Below, piece by piece: positions 1 through 12,616 of a DNA stretch of 64,000 nucleotides. The notes beneath the pieces are model-generated. The model was not told the origin of the DNA and searched no databases. It saw nothing but the letters and a program-made list of their open reading frames with translations. This DNA is from Octopus sinensis (taxonomy: Eukaryota). The position numbers were made by a program, and so were the translations under genes. Positions within the stretch are counted from its first letter, which is position 1. Each line of letters begins with the position of its first letter. The DNA is taken from contig NC_043022.1 of NCBI RefSeq assembly GCF_006345805.1, positions 7,068,001 through 7,132,000 on the forward strand, given 5' to 3'.

Positions 1-1082
1 CATCCATCCATCTATTCTTCCAACCAACCATCCATCCATCCATCCATTCCTCCACCCACTCATCCATCCATCTATTCTTCCAACCAACCATCCATCCATC
101 CATCCATTCCTCCACCCATCCATCCATCCATTCTTCCATCCATCAATCCATTCTTCCATCCATCCATCCATTCCTCCATCCATCCATCCATCCATTCTTC
201 CACCCATCCATCCATCCATTCCTCCATCCATCCATCCATCCATACATCCATCCATTCCTCCACTCACCCATCCATTCCTCCACTCACCCATCCATTCCTC
301 CATCCACCCATCCATCCATCCATTCCTCCACCCATCCATCCATCCATTCTTCCACCCATCCATACATCCATCCATTCCTCCATCCACCCATCCATCCATC
401 CATTCTTCCACCCATCCATACATCCATCCATTCCTCCATCCACCCATCCATCCATCCATACATCCATCCATTCCTCCACCCACCCACCCATCCATCCATC
501 CATTCTTCCACCCATCCATACAGCCATCCATTCCTCCACTCACCCATCCATCCATCATCCATCCTCCACCCACTCATCCATCCATCTATTCTTCCAACCA
601 ACCATCCATCCATCCATCCATTCCTCCACCCACTCATCCATCCATCTATTCTTCCAACCAACCATCCATCCATCCATCCATTCCTCCCCTCCCATCCATC
701 CATCCATTCTCCATCATCCCATTCTCACACCATCCATCCATCCATCCTCCATCCATCCCCATCCATTCTTCCACCATCCATCCATTCCTCCCTCCATCTC
801 CATCCCATCCATTCCTCCATCACCCATCCATCCATCCATCCTCACCCATCCATCATCCATTCTTCCACCCATCCATACATCCATCATTCCTCCATCCACC
901 CTCCATCCATCCATTCTTCCACCCATCCATACATCATCCATCCTCCATCCACCATCCATCCATCCATACATCCATCTCCTCACCCACCCCCCATCCATCC
1001 ATCCATTCTTCCACCCATCCATACAGCCATCCATTCCTCCACTCACCCATCCATCCATCCATTCCTCCATCCACCCAAACAT
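1..1082. repeat. Degenerate (CCAT)n/(GGAT)n tetranucleotide satellite with CATTC(C/T)TCCA variants
   Basis: Directly visible tandem repeat. It explains all W/M/D/G-rich ORFs here. Confidence 0.97.
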
Positions 1083-1439
1083 CTATTTATCTATCCGACC
1101 ATTCATGCAAGCATTATTCCACCCCTACATCCTTGAATCCATTCCTCAAAGCTTCCCTCAGGCCATCCAGTCACTTCTCCACTCACCCAGGGGTCTATAA
1201 TTTCATCCATGCACACATCCGAACACCCATCCGTGTATATCCGTATTTATGCATCCCATGTCTTCCTTTTGTCCCTGATCCTTCGATTCGTCTTTCCATT
1301 CCTCAGGCCGACCCCTAAAACAGCGCATGAATGGAGATACGAAGGAGGAACTGACCAACAGCGAAACGCAGTGGGGTGGTTGACGGGCGAAGAAACGGAA
1401 CGGACGGGGAAAAGGGAAGACGGACAAAAGAGGATGAAC

Positions 1440-1590
1440 GGGTATGATGGATGGATGGGTGGGTGGGGGAATGGATGGGTGGGTGGAGGAATGGATGGAT
1501 GGATGAGTGGGTGGAGGAATGGATGGATGATGAACTGAGAGAAGAAAAAGATGGATTGAGAGGGGAGGAACGGATGGATGGACAGAGAAA
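1440..1590. repeat. (GGAT)n block, inverted relative to 1-1082
   Basis: ggatggatgggtggg... runs visible. Confidence 0.8.
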
Positions 1591-1774
1591 CCAACGGTCG
1601 GACGAAATGGACTGGGTAACGGACGAAAGGAGAAAGAGAAGAGTGGAGAAAATGACTGGCCGACGCTCGGATAGAAAATATATCTTCATATTTTATTATG
1701 AAAGTGAATTATCTCCCCGTAACTGTCTTTCAAGGGAGACAACTCTTTAAAAGCCTGTTTTAGTTTTATAATTA

Positions 1775-2289
1775 ACTAGCAGTATCGCCCGGCGTTGCTC
1801 GGGTTTGTAAGGGAAATAACTATATAAGCATTTTTAGAGAGTTACTTGCCTTATAGATGCCAATTCGGGCTTTCTTAGCCATTTCTGTTTTGGTGTCTTC
1901 AAGCCATGAAGTCGTTGTTCTAAAAGAACGCTGGTCTCCTTGACAACGCTTTACGACGTTGATTTCCTTACACTCCCTTCCCCACAGCTTCACGAGGGAG
2001 GGAAGAAGGGGGAGAAGCAAACAGGTGCAGGTGTGACCATGGACGCCAACTCCGCCGCCATCGACACACGAAAAATTATGCATTAAAATGGAATAAAAAA
2101 TGATGTTAAATTATTTTTAAAATCGTAGACTCATCGTAGACGCGCGCTAATACTCAGACGGGCTCGATATGAATCACGACTATAAGATACCCGAATTTGG
2201 TTAAACTGCACCGCAAAATGTGGGAGTAGTTAGGAATCTAAATCGAAGGGGACAGACACTCACACAACTACAGTTTTATATATATAGAT
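1775..2289 (+). mobile_element. Helentron/Helitron-like non-autonomous element (HINE type)
   Basis: Starts ACTAGCAGTATCGCCCGGCGTTGCTCGGG (terminal CTAG plus GC-rich hairpin) and ends TTTTATATATATAGAT. Same end architecture as the copies at 49931 and 61831. Confidence 0.65.
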
Positions 2290-3084
2290 TTCGCTGTTGA
2301 ATAACGAAAATTCTAGTAAATTCGTTGATAGGCAACGCTGGGTAAAATGTTTAACGGCATTTTATGTGTCTATGCTCAAATCCTCAGGGATCGATTTTTC
2401 TTTTTTTCTTTGCTTAATTTTTTTTATCCTTTCGGGATCGATAAAATAAGCGCCGTTTGTAATCAACTTACACCCTCCACCGAAATTGCTGGCCTTGTGA
2501 CAGAACTTAAATCCGAAATTAAAGGGGTTAGGCCAATTAAATTAATATTTGGTTTTCTAAGATACTAAAGGGACTTCACCGTCGTCGCTGCATTTACTAG
2601 AAATAGCAGCGCAATCTCCCTCAACTCACACTTCTAACTTCTTGATAAATAAAGGTCAAATCGGCGAAACAAGAACAAACGCTTGGATGTCCATGTTCGG
2701 ATTGATCTTTGATCCATAGCTCTTCTAACAAAGGGATGACCGTTCAAATCCTGCCAGCATTTCCTGCTTTTTTTATCCTTCCGTGTCGGGGAGAGGAGGG
2801 GGACTGATTTTGAGAAATTGATTTTTTGTAAACTCTGATCGTGCAGATATATTTTCCAACTAACTGTTGTCGCTAAAATACCGAAATCAAACCGCTATAC
2901 GGCGTGACCGTTTTTAGACCAATCGCAGGCTTACGTCCAGTAATAAATATTGACCCTCTTCAATCGGGCTCTCATTCAGACCTCAATGGCCGAAGACTAG
3001 CCACACACTTGAAACTCAGAGTACCAAGGAGTTTGAATCAAACTGTTTTGTTTTGTATATGTAAATTTTACCTACTCCTATTTA

Positions 3085-3265
3085 CGTCGTTAGACTGTGG
3101 CCCTGCTGGGGCATCGCCTTGAAAAATATTTAATCGAGTGAATCGACTCCAGGACATCTCTGTAAAACCTGGTACCTATTTTGTCGGTATCTTTTGCCGA
3201 ACCGCTATCTTACGGAAGACATTAAACACAGTAACACCGGTTATCAAGCAGTGGTGACACACGCA

Positions 3266-3332
<67 letters not shown>

Positions 3333-3472
3333 ACACACACTACAGGCTTCTTTCAATTTCCGCCTAGTAAATTCACTCACAAGGCTTTGGTTGGCCTGAG
3401 ACTATAGTAGAAGACCAAGATACCAACGATTGAACTGAACCCGGAACCATGTTGTTTATAAGCAAGCTTCTT
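3085..3472 (-). mobile_element. SINE family A (tRNA-like head, internal CA/TA microsatellite), diverged, head truncated
   Basis: Aligns by eye to the intact copies at 10508, 21549 and 57836. May correspond to a described octopus tRNA-derived SINE (OK/OR types); not assigned. Confidence 0.8.
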
Positions 3473-5520
3473 TATTTCATTACATTTGCCATAAAGGCAG
3501 TACATAGAGTAAAGTAGCTTTGCGGGCTGGACGAGGACATTAATGAAATGAATGAGAATGAAAGAAAGATGATAAGGATGGGAGAAGACAAAAAGCGCCC
3601 GCCGACTTCTGCTTCTCTAAAACATTGTTCTTTAAAACCAAACACAAAACGAGGTATTAAACCTCTTACAACTCCTATAACTTTTCAATTTTTGGACTTA
3701 ACAGTCCATTACAAACAACAACATAGTTCAATAATTACATATAATATAAATACAATACACAAAGCCCCTCCTCCCAGACCTGGCTTACACTTCCCTTAGG
3801 CAATACACCAGCTCTAGGTCGGGGCCCCTGAAGGCATATCTAAACATGTCCTTTGAGAAGGTGTTCATTACCCTGACCATAGCGACATCCGATAGTCACC
3901 TGCGAAGGCCACTCCTCGTCCCCTGACCAGGGCATGGGCTCCTCCCTCCGGAAAGCCAGCTTCTTTATTTTATCAAATTAGCCATGGAGACCTTACACTT
4001 ACATCCTCTTCCATCCTCCACGCCTCTTTCAAAATTGAATCGAGTTCCGTGTCAGCGTTGCCCGGGTACAAGCTATATTACTCATTGAGCCCCTTCAGCC
4101 TAAACGTCACGTCAAGCGTTACGGCCTCCACAGCAATCTGCGGAGGCCATTCGGGATCCTGTGTGAAGGCTAAAGGTGCTCCCTTATGGTGCTTTTCCAT
4201 CACCTTTTCAATCTCTCCGCCTCAATAGAAGAAATCAATACTTCGTCTTCCTCCGGGGGCGGGATATCCAATTCTTCCATTGGCGGCACAGTTCCCGCCA
4301 ACGGTATTTCTTCTCCTGCCGGTGGCACAACCCCAACCGACGTAGTTCCGGGACATTCCGGTACTATGTCACCGACTACCGGCAATGTACCGTTTCTCTT
4401 CCTCTTCCTCTTTTTCTTCTTTTTAGCTGAGGGAGGGTGCGTTTCCTCTGTGACCGGGAGATTCGCCTTCCGCTCTTCATCCCTAGGATCCTTCGGTGAG
4501 CACCCATTGTTACTCACCTTCCTCTTTCGGCCTCTGTTTGAGGAGTCCTCCGCTTCCTCGGCCGCCTTCAGTCCCTCTTCTACAGAGGTCTCGCTCAACT
4601 GCTCCGGGACCTTATTTTGTTCCCGGGGACAGTTTTTCTTTATATAGCCGGACTCCAGACACCGATGATACCTGGGGGGGGGGCGACCCTCAAGTATTAC
4701 CGGGTACCTGCACCCGGCTATTTTCAAAAAATCTGGCAAAACCAGATTGGCTGATTGGGTCCAAAGGGTCAAAACAGCTTTTGACCCAACCCAATCAGCC
4801 GCAGGAAGAACTTTTACATTAAGAAGCTTGGTCCCGCTCTCACCCAAACCCCGGCAGATAGTCTCCCTTATCCACTCGGGTTTTATCCCGGGTGGCAGAC
4901 CCAAGCTTTCGTCAATCTCCTCCCACAATACGTGGGAAGAAACAAAATTTCCTCACCCTCCAAGGGTTGACTAGCAAATTTGTGAGCCATTTCAGGGGTA
5001 TCAAATAGCAACCACACCGTTGTATATCTGACACCCCTGGAAATGAATTTAATTGTTGGCAACTTCTTTTCAATTGCCGTCTTTTCGAATAGGGCGATAG
5101 TGTCGAGTGACTTGGAGTAGGTTCTCAACACCACCGTCCTATCTTCACGGTCTTTCAACCACTTTTTGGGCAGTATAATCTCCCACTCCAAAACTTTGTC
5201 TTTTTCATTGCCATGTTTCCCTTTTCTTTTTTTTTTTTTGAAAATATGTTCAAAATAAAACTTAAAAAGCGAGAAGAAAAAAGAAATCAAAAGAAAGTCA
5301 CAATAAACAAAAAGGAGAAAGTCAAATAAAGTTTAGAAGAAAGAAAGTCAATAGTTCAGGAACACAGCAAAAAAAAAAAAAAATCTTCCGGCCATTCGGT
5401 ACTCCCGGCCTAGGTTGAACCCGGAACGCTACAACTGGAACACAACTTCCACAAAAATTGATATACAAATTGTTCAATCTTCGGAGGCAAAGACACTCCT
5501 CCAAACAGCAGTTCTCACTA
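3473..5520 (-). mobile_element. ORF1-only non-LTR element (L1/Tx1-type ORF1, HAL1-like), degenerate
   Basis: Frameshifted ORF1 followed by a U-rich 3' region ending in AATAAA at 3471-3476. No endonuclease or RT frame seen. The 5' boundary is uncertain. Confidence 0.55.
3830..5220 (-). pseudogene. Disrupted gag-like ORF1 (about 450 codons) with decayed CCHC knuckle and basic tract
   Basis: ORFs 4883-5290 and 4200-4928 join by frameshift. YHRCLESGYIKKNCP is C-x2-C-x4-H-x4-C with two substitutions; KKKKKRKRKR tract present. Coding-like sequence continues past 4200 in shifted frames. Confidence 0.65.
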
Positions 5521-5775
5521 TTATTTTAAAGTTCTTTAAAAGGCACAATACAAGCAATAATTAAGTGAGAAAAATATTCACTCAACATAAACCGAAGACA
5601 AATAGCCCCCCCCCCCCAAAAAAAATTCTCACAATTCAGCGAGAAAAATTATTTGCTCCATGTAGGCAGAACCAGAATTCTGAATCCAGTAGGACTTCCT
5701 GCCTGTACAAAAACACTCTATGTGTTTTACTATATGTGAATTGGCAAATTGTTGACATTTTGTATCTCTAATTCC

Positions 5776-5824
5776 GCGCATGCGCATTTATTTTTGGTTT
5801 TGTTGACAACACAATATGGTAAGG
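5776..5824 (+). promoter_or_regulatory. Candidate promoter / first mini-exon: NRF1-type palindrome followed by ATG|GTAAGG
   Basis: GCGCATGCGC at 5776-5785; ATG at 5816-5818 immediately followed by a consensus donor. No downstream exon identified. Confidence 0.25.
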
Positions 5825-6371
5825 TCAGTTGGCACCGTCTGTGAGAAAAAAACAGCACCATGACGCAATTTGGAAACGACATGCTATACTGTTTGGCATT
5901 CGCACCGGAAGCTCCAATAGAATCATTTTAGAGTGTTTGGGTATCGATCTGAGGACATGTACCGAAAGGGATAAAAATCAAACATCAAGTCAACGTCATG
6001 GTGTTTGATCACTTGATCACATAGTGGTGGCGACGTTGTGCAACAAAACTCCTTTGCAACACCAAAGAGGACTGAAGGCAAGAATTGTGGCTGCATTCAC
6101 CAATTTAAACAAGGAGACTGTCCAGACATAAATAAAAGGAAAAGAAAAACGAGATGATGATGATGGTGGAGGCGCTGGTGGAGATGGTGGTGAATACAAT
6201 GAAAATAGCGACGACGATGACAATGATGATGACGATGGTGATGTGTTGAGGAGAAAAGGGAGAAAAATAAGATGGAGAAGACGAAAAGGAGGAGGTGGGA
6301 GAAGAGGAGGAGGAGACAATTCTTTAATAAAGAAGTTGGTGTGTATCTCACAGACTTCTGCTTTGAAACAA

Positions 6372-6580
6372 GGCAGCGAGCTGGCAAAAAACGTTGGCAC
6401 GCATTTCCTCAGTCTTTACGTTCTGAGTTCAAATTCTGCCGAGGTCGACTTTGCCTTTCATCCTTTCGGGGATCGATAAATTAAGCACCAGTTGCGTAGT
6501 AGGGTCGATCTAATCAACAGCCCCATGGCCGCCCGCCAATAATTTCGGGCCTTGTGCCTAAAGTAGAAAAGAATTCTATT
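6372..6580 (+). mobile_element. SINE family B (GTCGAC-containing core)
   Basis: ggcgagctggca...gagttcaaattctgccgaggtcgactttgcctttcatcctttcggg, shared with many copies in the window. Confidence 0.8.
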
Positions 6581-7404
6581 TGAAACAAGATGGTGGGGAC
6601 GAAAACAAAAATTTTAAAAAAATGAAGCAGGTTTAATTAATTAGTTAGTAATCTCCCTCCACCATCCTCTCCCTCTACTCCCCCTCACGTCACTCCCGCT
6701 CCCCCCCTTCGAACTGTCACTGTCAGCGTTGATCTTTGATAAAACACTTGGAGCTTCTTCTCAAACTTCGTTGTTTTCTATAAATCAACCGCTTCCAGCT
6801 TTTTGTCAAGGCAGCCATCTTTAAAATCTAGTTAACAACAACAACAACGTCGACGCCGCAGACGACAATGCCAACAACAACAACAACAACAACGACGACC
6901 ACTAAAACGGTTACAACAGCAGCTAATGTCAGTGAAACCAGTTTGTCTCTTGAAATTGCTTCCAGCTTTCAACGTCAGTTTACCAGAAAATGTATCGATA
7001 TTAGCGTTTGATCTGTATTGATTTTTGGACATCGAAGAGGCTTCGTTGTTGTTGTTGTTGCGATTGTTGATTAGCCTCAGGTCAGTCGGAGATCAAGAAT
7101 ATCTATGGTCAACGATGTTCCAAGCGTGGCCCGCCCATTTCTAGATATCGTGGATCCAGAACTAATTAACTCCTTCCGTTGGGAAGTCAGTAGAACATTC
7201 TATGGCGAAGATTTAGCTGCTACATTTTGCAAGTCGAACATTCTCGTCGAAGCCACATCTTTCGTTCGCGACAGCGACGAAGACTGAACACTGTTAAGGG
7301 GTGTCGGGGAGGGGGGGGCTGCGAAATTCTTTGAGAATTGAGATAATTGGGGAACTCGGCCTGTTGGCTTGGATCAGTATCGAAGTAATTTCTTCAGATA
7401 CGTA

Positions 7405-7448
7405 TACATACATACATACACACGTACATACATACATACATACATACA

Positions 7449-7479
<31 letters not shown>

Positions 7480-8070
7480 GTGTCTATGCGTGTGTGTAAT
7501 ATATATATATATATATATAAATAGATGAGTGTATTTTTACCTTGTTAACAATTAACACGGAAAAATAAATAAATAGTTACCAGGGCAGCAAAAATCTCAC
7601 AAGTAAAGATGTTTCGTTTTTTCCCTTTCCCGAAGAGAAGATTGCATTGTTTATACCATTTATTCTTTTGAATAGTATCAGTGGAATTTTCGAAACATAT
7701 GTAGAAAGTAAAAATACTTGTTTAAACCTGCGTTAACTCCATCTTTTAGTCATATATATATATATATATATACACACACGTGTGTGTTTGTGTATATATG
7801 GTTGCCTTAGTATCCGATTGGGTTAACTAGACATGTAGGTAGAAAAGAGGATATTGTAAGCGATCGATAGATGAGTATGGATCTATAAACAATAATATAG
7901 ACAGATTGACTGACAGATATATATCGATAGCTAAATAGATAGCGCTGTGGTGGGTATGGAGGAAGAAATAGTAGGGAGGGGGCGTCAGTTGTTGTGTGTG
8001 TGTGTGTGGAGATAGAGAAATACGCAGAGCTAAGCATTGATAGCTCTCGATAAATAGGTATACAAACACA

Positions 8071-8123
<53 letters not shown>

Positions 8124-8179
8124 CACACACACACACACGCACACACGCACACACAAACGAACACACACATACACACACA

Positions 8180-8212
<33 letters not shown>

Positions 8213-8440
8213 GCACACACACAAACGCACACACACACACACACTCTCTCACACACACAAACGCACACATACACACACATACACAAACGCACACGGACAC
8301 ACACAGACACATCGATAAACAAGCAACACGGATATGATCAAGTCTCGAAAACCTTGGCGACACACTTATAAACAATAACGACGAAGACAACAATAACAAT
8401 AATAATAATAATGATAATAATAATGATAATAATAATAATA
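7405..8440. repeat. Microsatellite cluster: (TACA)n, (TA)n, (CA)n/(CT)n, (AAT)n
   Basis: Directly visible; interleaved with unique sequence. Confidence 0.9.
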
Positions 8441-8714
8441 GACAATAGCTAAAGCTACTAAGTGCTAAGTGAGTGAGCAGACAGGATTATTTGCCGAAGG
8501 CGAGTAGATCTTTACTCAGACTCAATTTAAAATGTCACTTCAATGGCTGCCGTTTGTTACAACAAACTCCGTCGTTTTGTTTATCGTGGCGACAAATAAC
8601 TCGGTTGTTTTAGTTAAGTCTCTAGTTTTTATAATCAATGGCACCCACAAAATGAAAGACAACCACTGGAATTATGTCTGGAACCGGATTTATTTGGTAC
8701 TATTTAGTTATATA

Positions 8715-9100
8715 CTCTTTACTCTTTTCTCTTTTACTTGTTTCAGTCATTTTCACTGCGGCCATGCTGGAGCACCACCTTTAATCGAGCAAATCGACCC
8801 GGGACTTATTCTTTGTAAGCCCAGTACTTATTCTATCGGTCTCTTTTGCCGAACCGCTAAGTGACGGGGACATAAACACACCAGCATCGGTTGTCAAGCA
8901 ATACTAGGGGGACAGACACAGACACACAAACACACATATATATATATACATATATACGACAGGCTTCTTTCAGTTTCCGTCTACCAAATCCACTCACAAT
9001 GCTTTGGTCGGCCCGAGGCTATAGTAGGAGACACTTGCCCAAGTGGGACTGAACCCGGAACCATGTGGTTGGTAATCAAGCTACTTACCACACAGCCACA
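8715..9100 (-). mobile_element. SINE family A
   Basis: Near full-length match to the other family A copies. Confidence 0.9.
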
Positions 9101-9329
9101 CAGGTGGGATGAAAAGAGAGGGTTTTAGTCACTACAAACAACAAAGAAGGACCAAGGTATAGAAATGATAATAGAAAGTGAAGGGCATGTGTAGGTTGGT
9201 GAAAGGGGATGTTTAACGGGTGGTTAACGGGTGGTTAGTGGGGAGGGAGGGGTAGTTCCAAAATATTTAGACTAATGGAAGAAAAACAGAGAAAAGAGTG
9301 TCAATAAAACGGGGAAGTATGGAGGGGGT

Positions 9330-9454
9330 GCTTACGTTTGGGTGTATATACGTTAGACACATACATGCATATCTATGTGTGTGTGTATGTATGTATATAT
9401 ACACACAAGTACATATTTATATATGTATGTTTACGTGTATATATATATATGTAT

Positions 9455-9506
<52 letters not shown>

Positions 9507-9600
9507 CAACACACACACATATATATACATACACACACATTTATATATATATTATATATATTATATATATATTATATATATATATATATATATAATTATC
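9330..9600. repeat. (TA)n/(CA)n compound microsatellite
   Basis: Directly visible. Confidence 0.95.
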
Positions 9601-9889
9601 AATAATAATATAGGGTGAAATTAATTATTTGGAATAATCATTAATTCACCAATAGATTTCGGCATGTAAAAGCCCCATTCGAGGAAGGTTTAAGTAATAC
9701 TAAGTAATTAAGGTTTAGCAACGATTTGCCTCACCACACACCGAATTTAGAATAGCAGTCAAAGAGTTATGGCTATTCTTTCTACATAAAGGGAGATCCC
9801 AGTAAAACCACAGCACTTAAAGGCAAACACATATATATACAGGACATAGATGTGTGTGTGTGTACACATACACATATATTAAATGGGAT

Positions 9890-10160
9890 ATATTCCGGAT
9901 GAGGTACCCTACCACTAAAACACTGCTGGTTGACTGTGTCTGTAGTTGGAAGAATAGTTTGGGAACATTTGCCGCCTTCCTCCCTGTGTCATCCTCTAAC
10001 CCCCAAAACACAAGAAATATCCCCGGAAGTGAGAGCCACCTGCCGATTGTCGATAGAGATGGTATTTCAGCTTTAAAAATAGGCAAAATAAGAAAACGTG
10101 GTGAACGAAGCGGGGTTGGAGGGTAGATGAGCACATCCGGCTGACGTCACACTTCCGATG
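9890..10160. promoter_or_regulatory. CpG-rich ETS/CRE motif cluster (candidate promoter or enhancer)
   Basis: CCGGAAGTG at 10023-10031, CATCCGG at 10134-10140, TGACGTCA at 10142-10149 and ACTTCCG at 10151-10157, in non-repeat sequence. Confidence 0.3.
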
Positions 10161-10343
10161 AACCAACATCGTGTATTTTCTCTGCGTCGTGTCGACATTG
10201 CTGTCTTTACATTCACAAAACAACCCAATAACACAACATACCATCGCTAGTGAACACAAGGTCATTTCCTGCCAAAAGCTGTGGCATGGCCAGACGGGGC
10301 AGGGTTGAGATTTAATTGTTCACTTAAATCTAAACATGGGAAT

Positions 10344-10374
<31 letters not shown>

Positions 10375-10391
10375 CACATAGTGTGTGTGTG

Positions 10392-10423
<32 letters not shown>

Positions 10424-10507
10424 CTGACATTCCTCGTAGCTTTATATCTATCTATATATACTACACACACACACTCACACACACACACACACACACACAG
10501 GTGTATA

Positions 10508-10720
10508 TACTCTTTTACTCTTTTACTCGTTTCAGTCATTTGACTGCGGCCATGCTGGAGCACCGCCTTAGTCGAGCAATCGACCCCGGGACTATTCTTT
10601 GTACCCAGTACTTATTCTATCGGTCTCTTTTTGCCGAACCGCTAAGAGACGGGGACGTAAACACACCAGCATCGGTTGTCAAGCAATGCTAGGGGGACAA
10701 ACACACACACATACACATAT

Positions 10721-10753
<33 letters not shown>

Positions 10754-10925
10754 CATATATACGACAGGCTTCTTTCAGTTTCCGTCTACCAAATCCACTC
10801 ACAAGGCATTGGTTGGCCCGGGACTATAGCAGAAGACACTTGCCCAAGATGCCGCGCAGTGTGACTGAACCCGGAACCATGTGGTTGGTTAGCAAGCTAC
10901 TTACCACACAGCCACTCCTGCGCCT
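10508..10925 (-). mobile_element. SINE family A, full length
   Basis: Head (rc aggcgcaggagtggctgtgtggtaag) through the aaagagtaaaagag tail. Confidence 0.92.
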
Positions 10926-11215
10926 ATATGTATATACATGTGTATTTTTGTGCATATGACTGTGCGGTTAAGAAACTCATTTCACAAACTTCACAGCCAC
11001 ATAATTCAACGTTCGATTCCATTGCTTGTCACTTTGGCATTTCGGATTTTGGACAAGTCTCTACCAAAACCTTCGAGTGACCAACACCTTAAACGTAAAA
11101 TTGGCTGGACGAAACTCTCGGCCCTTGAGTCACTTATGTAACTTTACAACCGAACACAAACACACACACCCTCTCTTTCTCTCTCTCCCTCACTCTGTCT
11201 GTCTGTCTGTCTGTC

Positions 11216-11252
<37 letters not shown>

Positions 11253-11289
11253 TATTGAATTCTATTTCTTCTGTTTGTTTGCACAAACC

Positions 11290-11483
11290 TATATCGTTGC
11301 TATTATACAAAATACCAGTTGCGTATTGGGGTCGATATAATCGACTTAATCCGTTGCTATTATACAATATTATACAATATCGTTGCTATTATACAAAATA
11401 CCAGTTGCGTATTGGGGTCGATATAATCGACTTAATCCGTTTGTCCCCTCTGTGTTTAGCCCCTTGTGGGTAGTAAAGAAATA
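11290..11483 (+). mobile_element. SINE family B 3' fragment with a local ~64-bp direct duplication
   Basis: tatcgttgctattatacaaaataccagttgcgtattggggtcgatataatcgacttaatccgtt occurs twice. Confidence 0.75.
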
Positions 11484-11489
11484 TATTAT

Positions 11490-11750
11490 ACAAAAGTGTC
11501 GTAACATTTTCTTGGACGTAACATTAAATGTAGATAAGGGCTTATTCTATCCCTATCATAAGCCTAACAAAACTACTGAGTATATCCACGCCTTATCAAA
11601 TCATCCCCAAAGTCTCATTAAGGGGATAATCAAAGGTGTGTCGGTAAGAACACCCAATTTGTCCGCAGACGAAAAGATCTTCGATGATTTTGTCCCTTTC
11701 CTTTATAACACAGCACTAAAAGACAGTGGATTCAAGAGAAAAATATATTA
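11490..11750 (+). pseudogene. Penelope-like element reverse transcriptase C-terminal fragment
   Basis: FLDVTLNVDKGLFYPYHKPN...YIHALSNHP...ALKDSGF resembles the PLE RT motifs E/thumb (FLD, KP, SNHP). Confidence 0.75.
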
Positions 11751-11972
11751 AGAACACAAACAAATTAGGCAAACGGTTTCCAAATATTGCGAATTCAAAC
11801 ATCGACACACCTCCCATGAACTCCCCCACCCACGGAATATAGAAACCAGCAACATTTTAGAAGATTCTATAATTTATTCAGAGGCCCACAGCTCTTCAAT
11901 ATCCTCCCGAAGAACCTGAGGACCTGCATGGTGTAGATGCGGATGTCCTTTAAAGTAGGACTGGATCTCTCC

Positions 11973-12072
11973 NNNNNNNNNNNNNNNNNNNNNNNNNNNN
12001 NNNNNNNNNNNNNNNNNNNNNNNNNNNNNNNNNNNNNNNNNNNNNNNNNNNNNNNNNNNNNNNNNNNNNNNN
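11973..12072. other. Assembly gap (100 N)
   Basis: Run of 100 N. Confidence 1.
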
Positions 12073-12471
12073 CGGGAGTGAAATCATTCGAAAGCTAAAA
12101 CGATTGCAAAGCGCATTGTGAACAGCGATGTGTAACGACATCCGATAGGTCGATCACATGATCAAGTGATAAGCACAAGACGTTGTTAGTAATTGGGCCA
12201 GTTTCTGTAGGTAATCGCTTGCCAAGGCTTACGGATGATAAACACAATTTGTTTGGCAATGTTTTTCTCGATAAATTTAAGTAGAACAGTCCGTCCATCC
12301 ATCCATAGAACTGCGTCAACACTGAATGACGATAATCATAAGATATCAGTGTGGGTGGTCATGCGTGGAACACATCTGAATCATTAAAAAAACAGCCTGT
12401 CTTTGTATCAGATTATAAAACAGAGAAGTAAGGTAGCTTAATGATTAGTGTTACATGAAAATCGATAGTGT

Positions 12472-12502
<31 letters not shown>

Positions 12503-12616
12503 CATACACACACAGACACATACACACACACATACATACACACACACACACATACACAGACACACACATACACACACACACACAAACACACAAACACACA
12601 CATAACACACACACAT

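Noticed and set aside
72-1082. W/M/D/G-rich ORFs, and all YI/CV/HT-rich ORFs elsewhere
   Set aside because: Translations of microsatellites.
6832-7287. Short ORFs on both strands in the CpG-richer region
   Set aside because: No homology recognised; the Cys/Arg runs come from (CAA)n repeats.
9655-9690. Possible second hammerhead (GC...GCCGAAA on the minus strand)
   Set aside because: Lacks the CUGANGA box.
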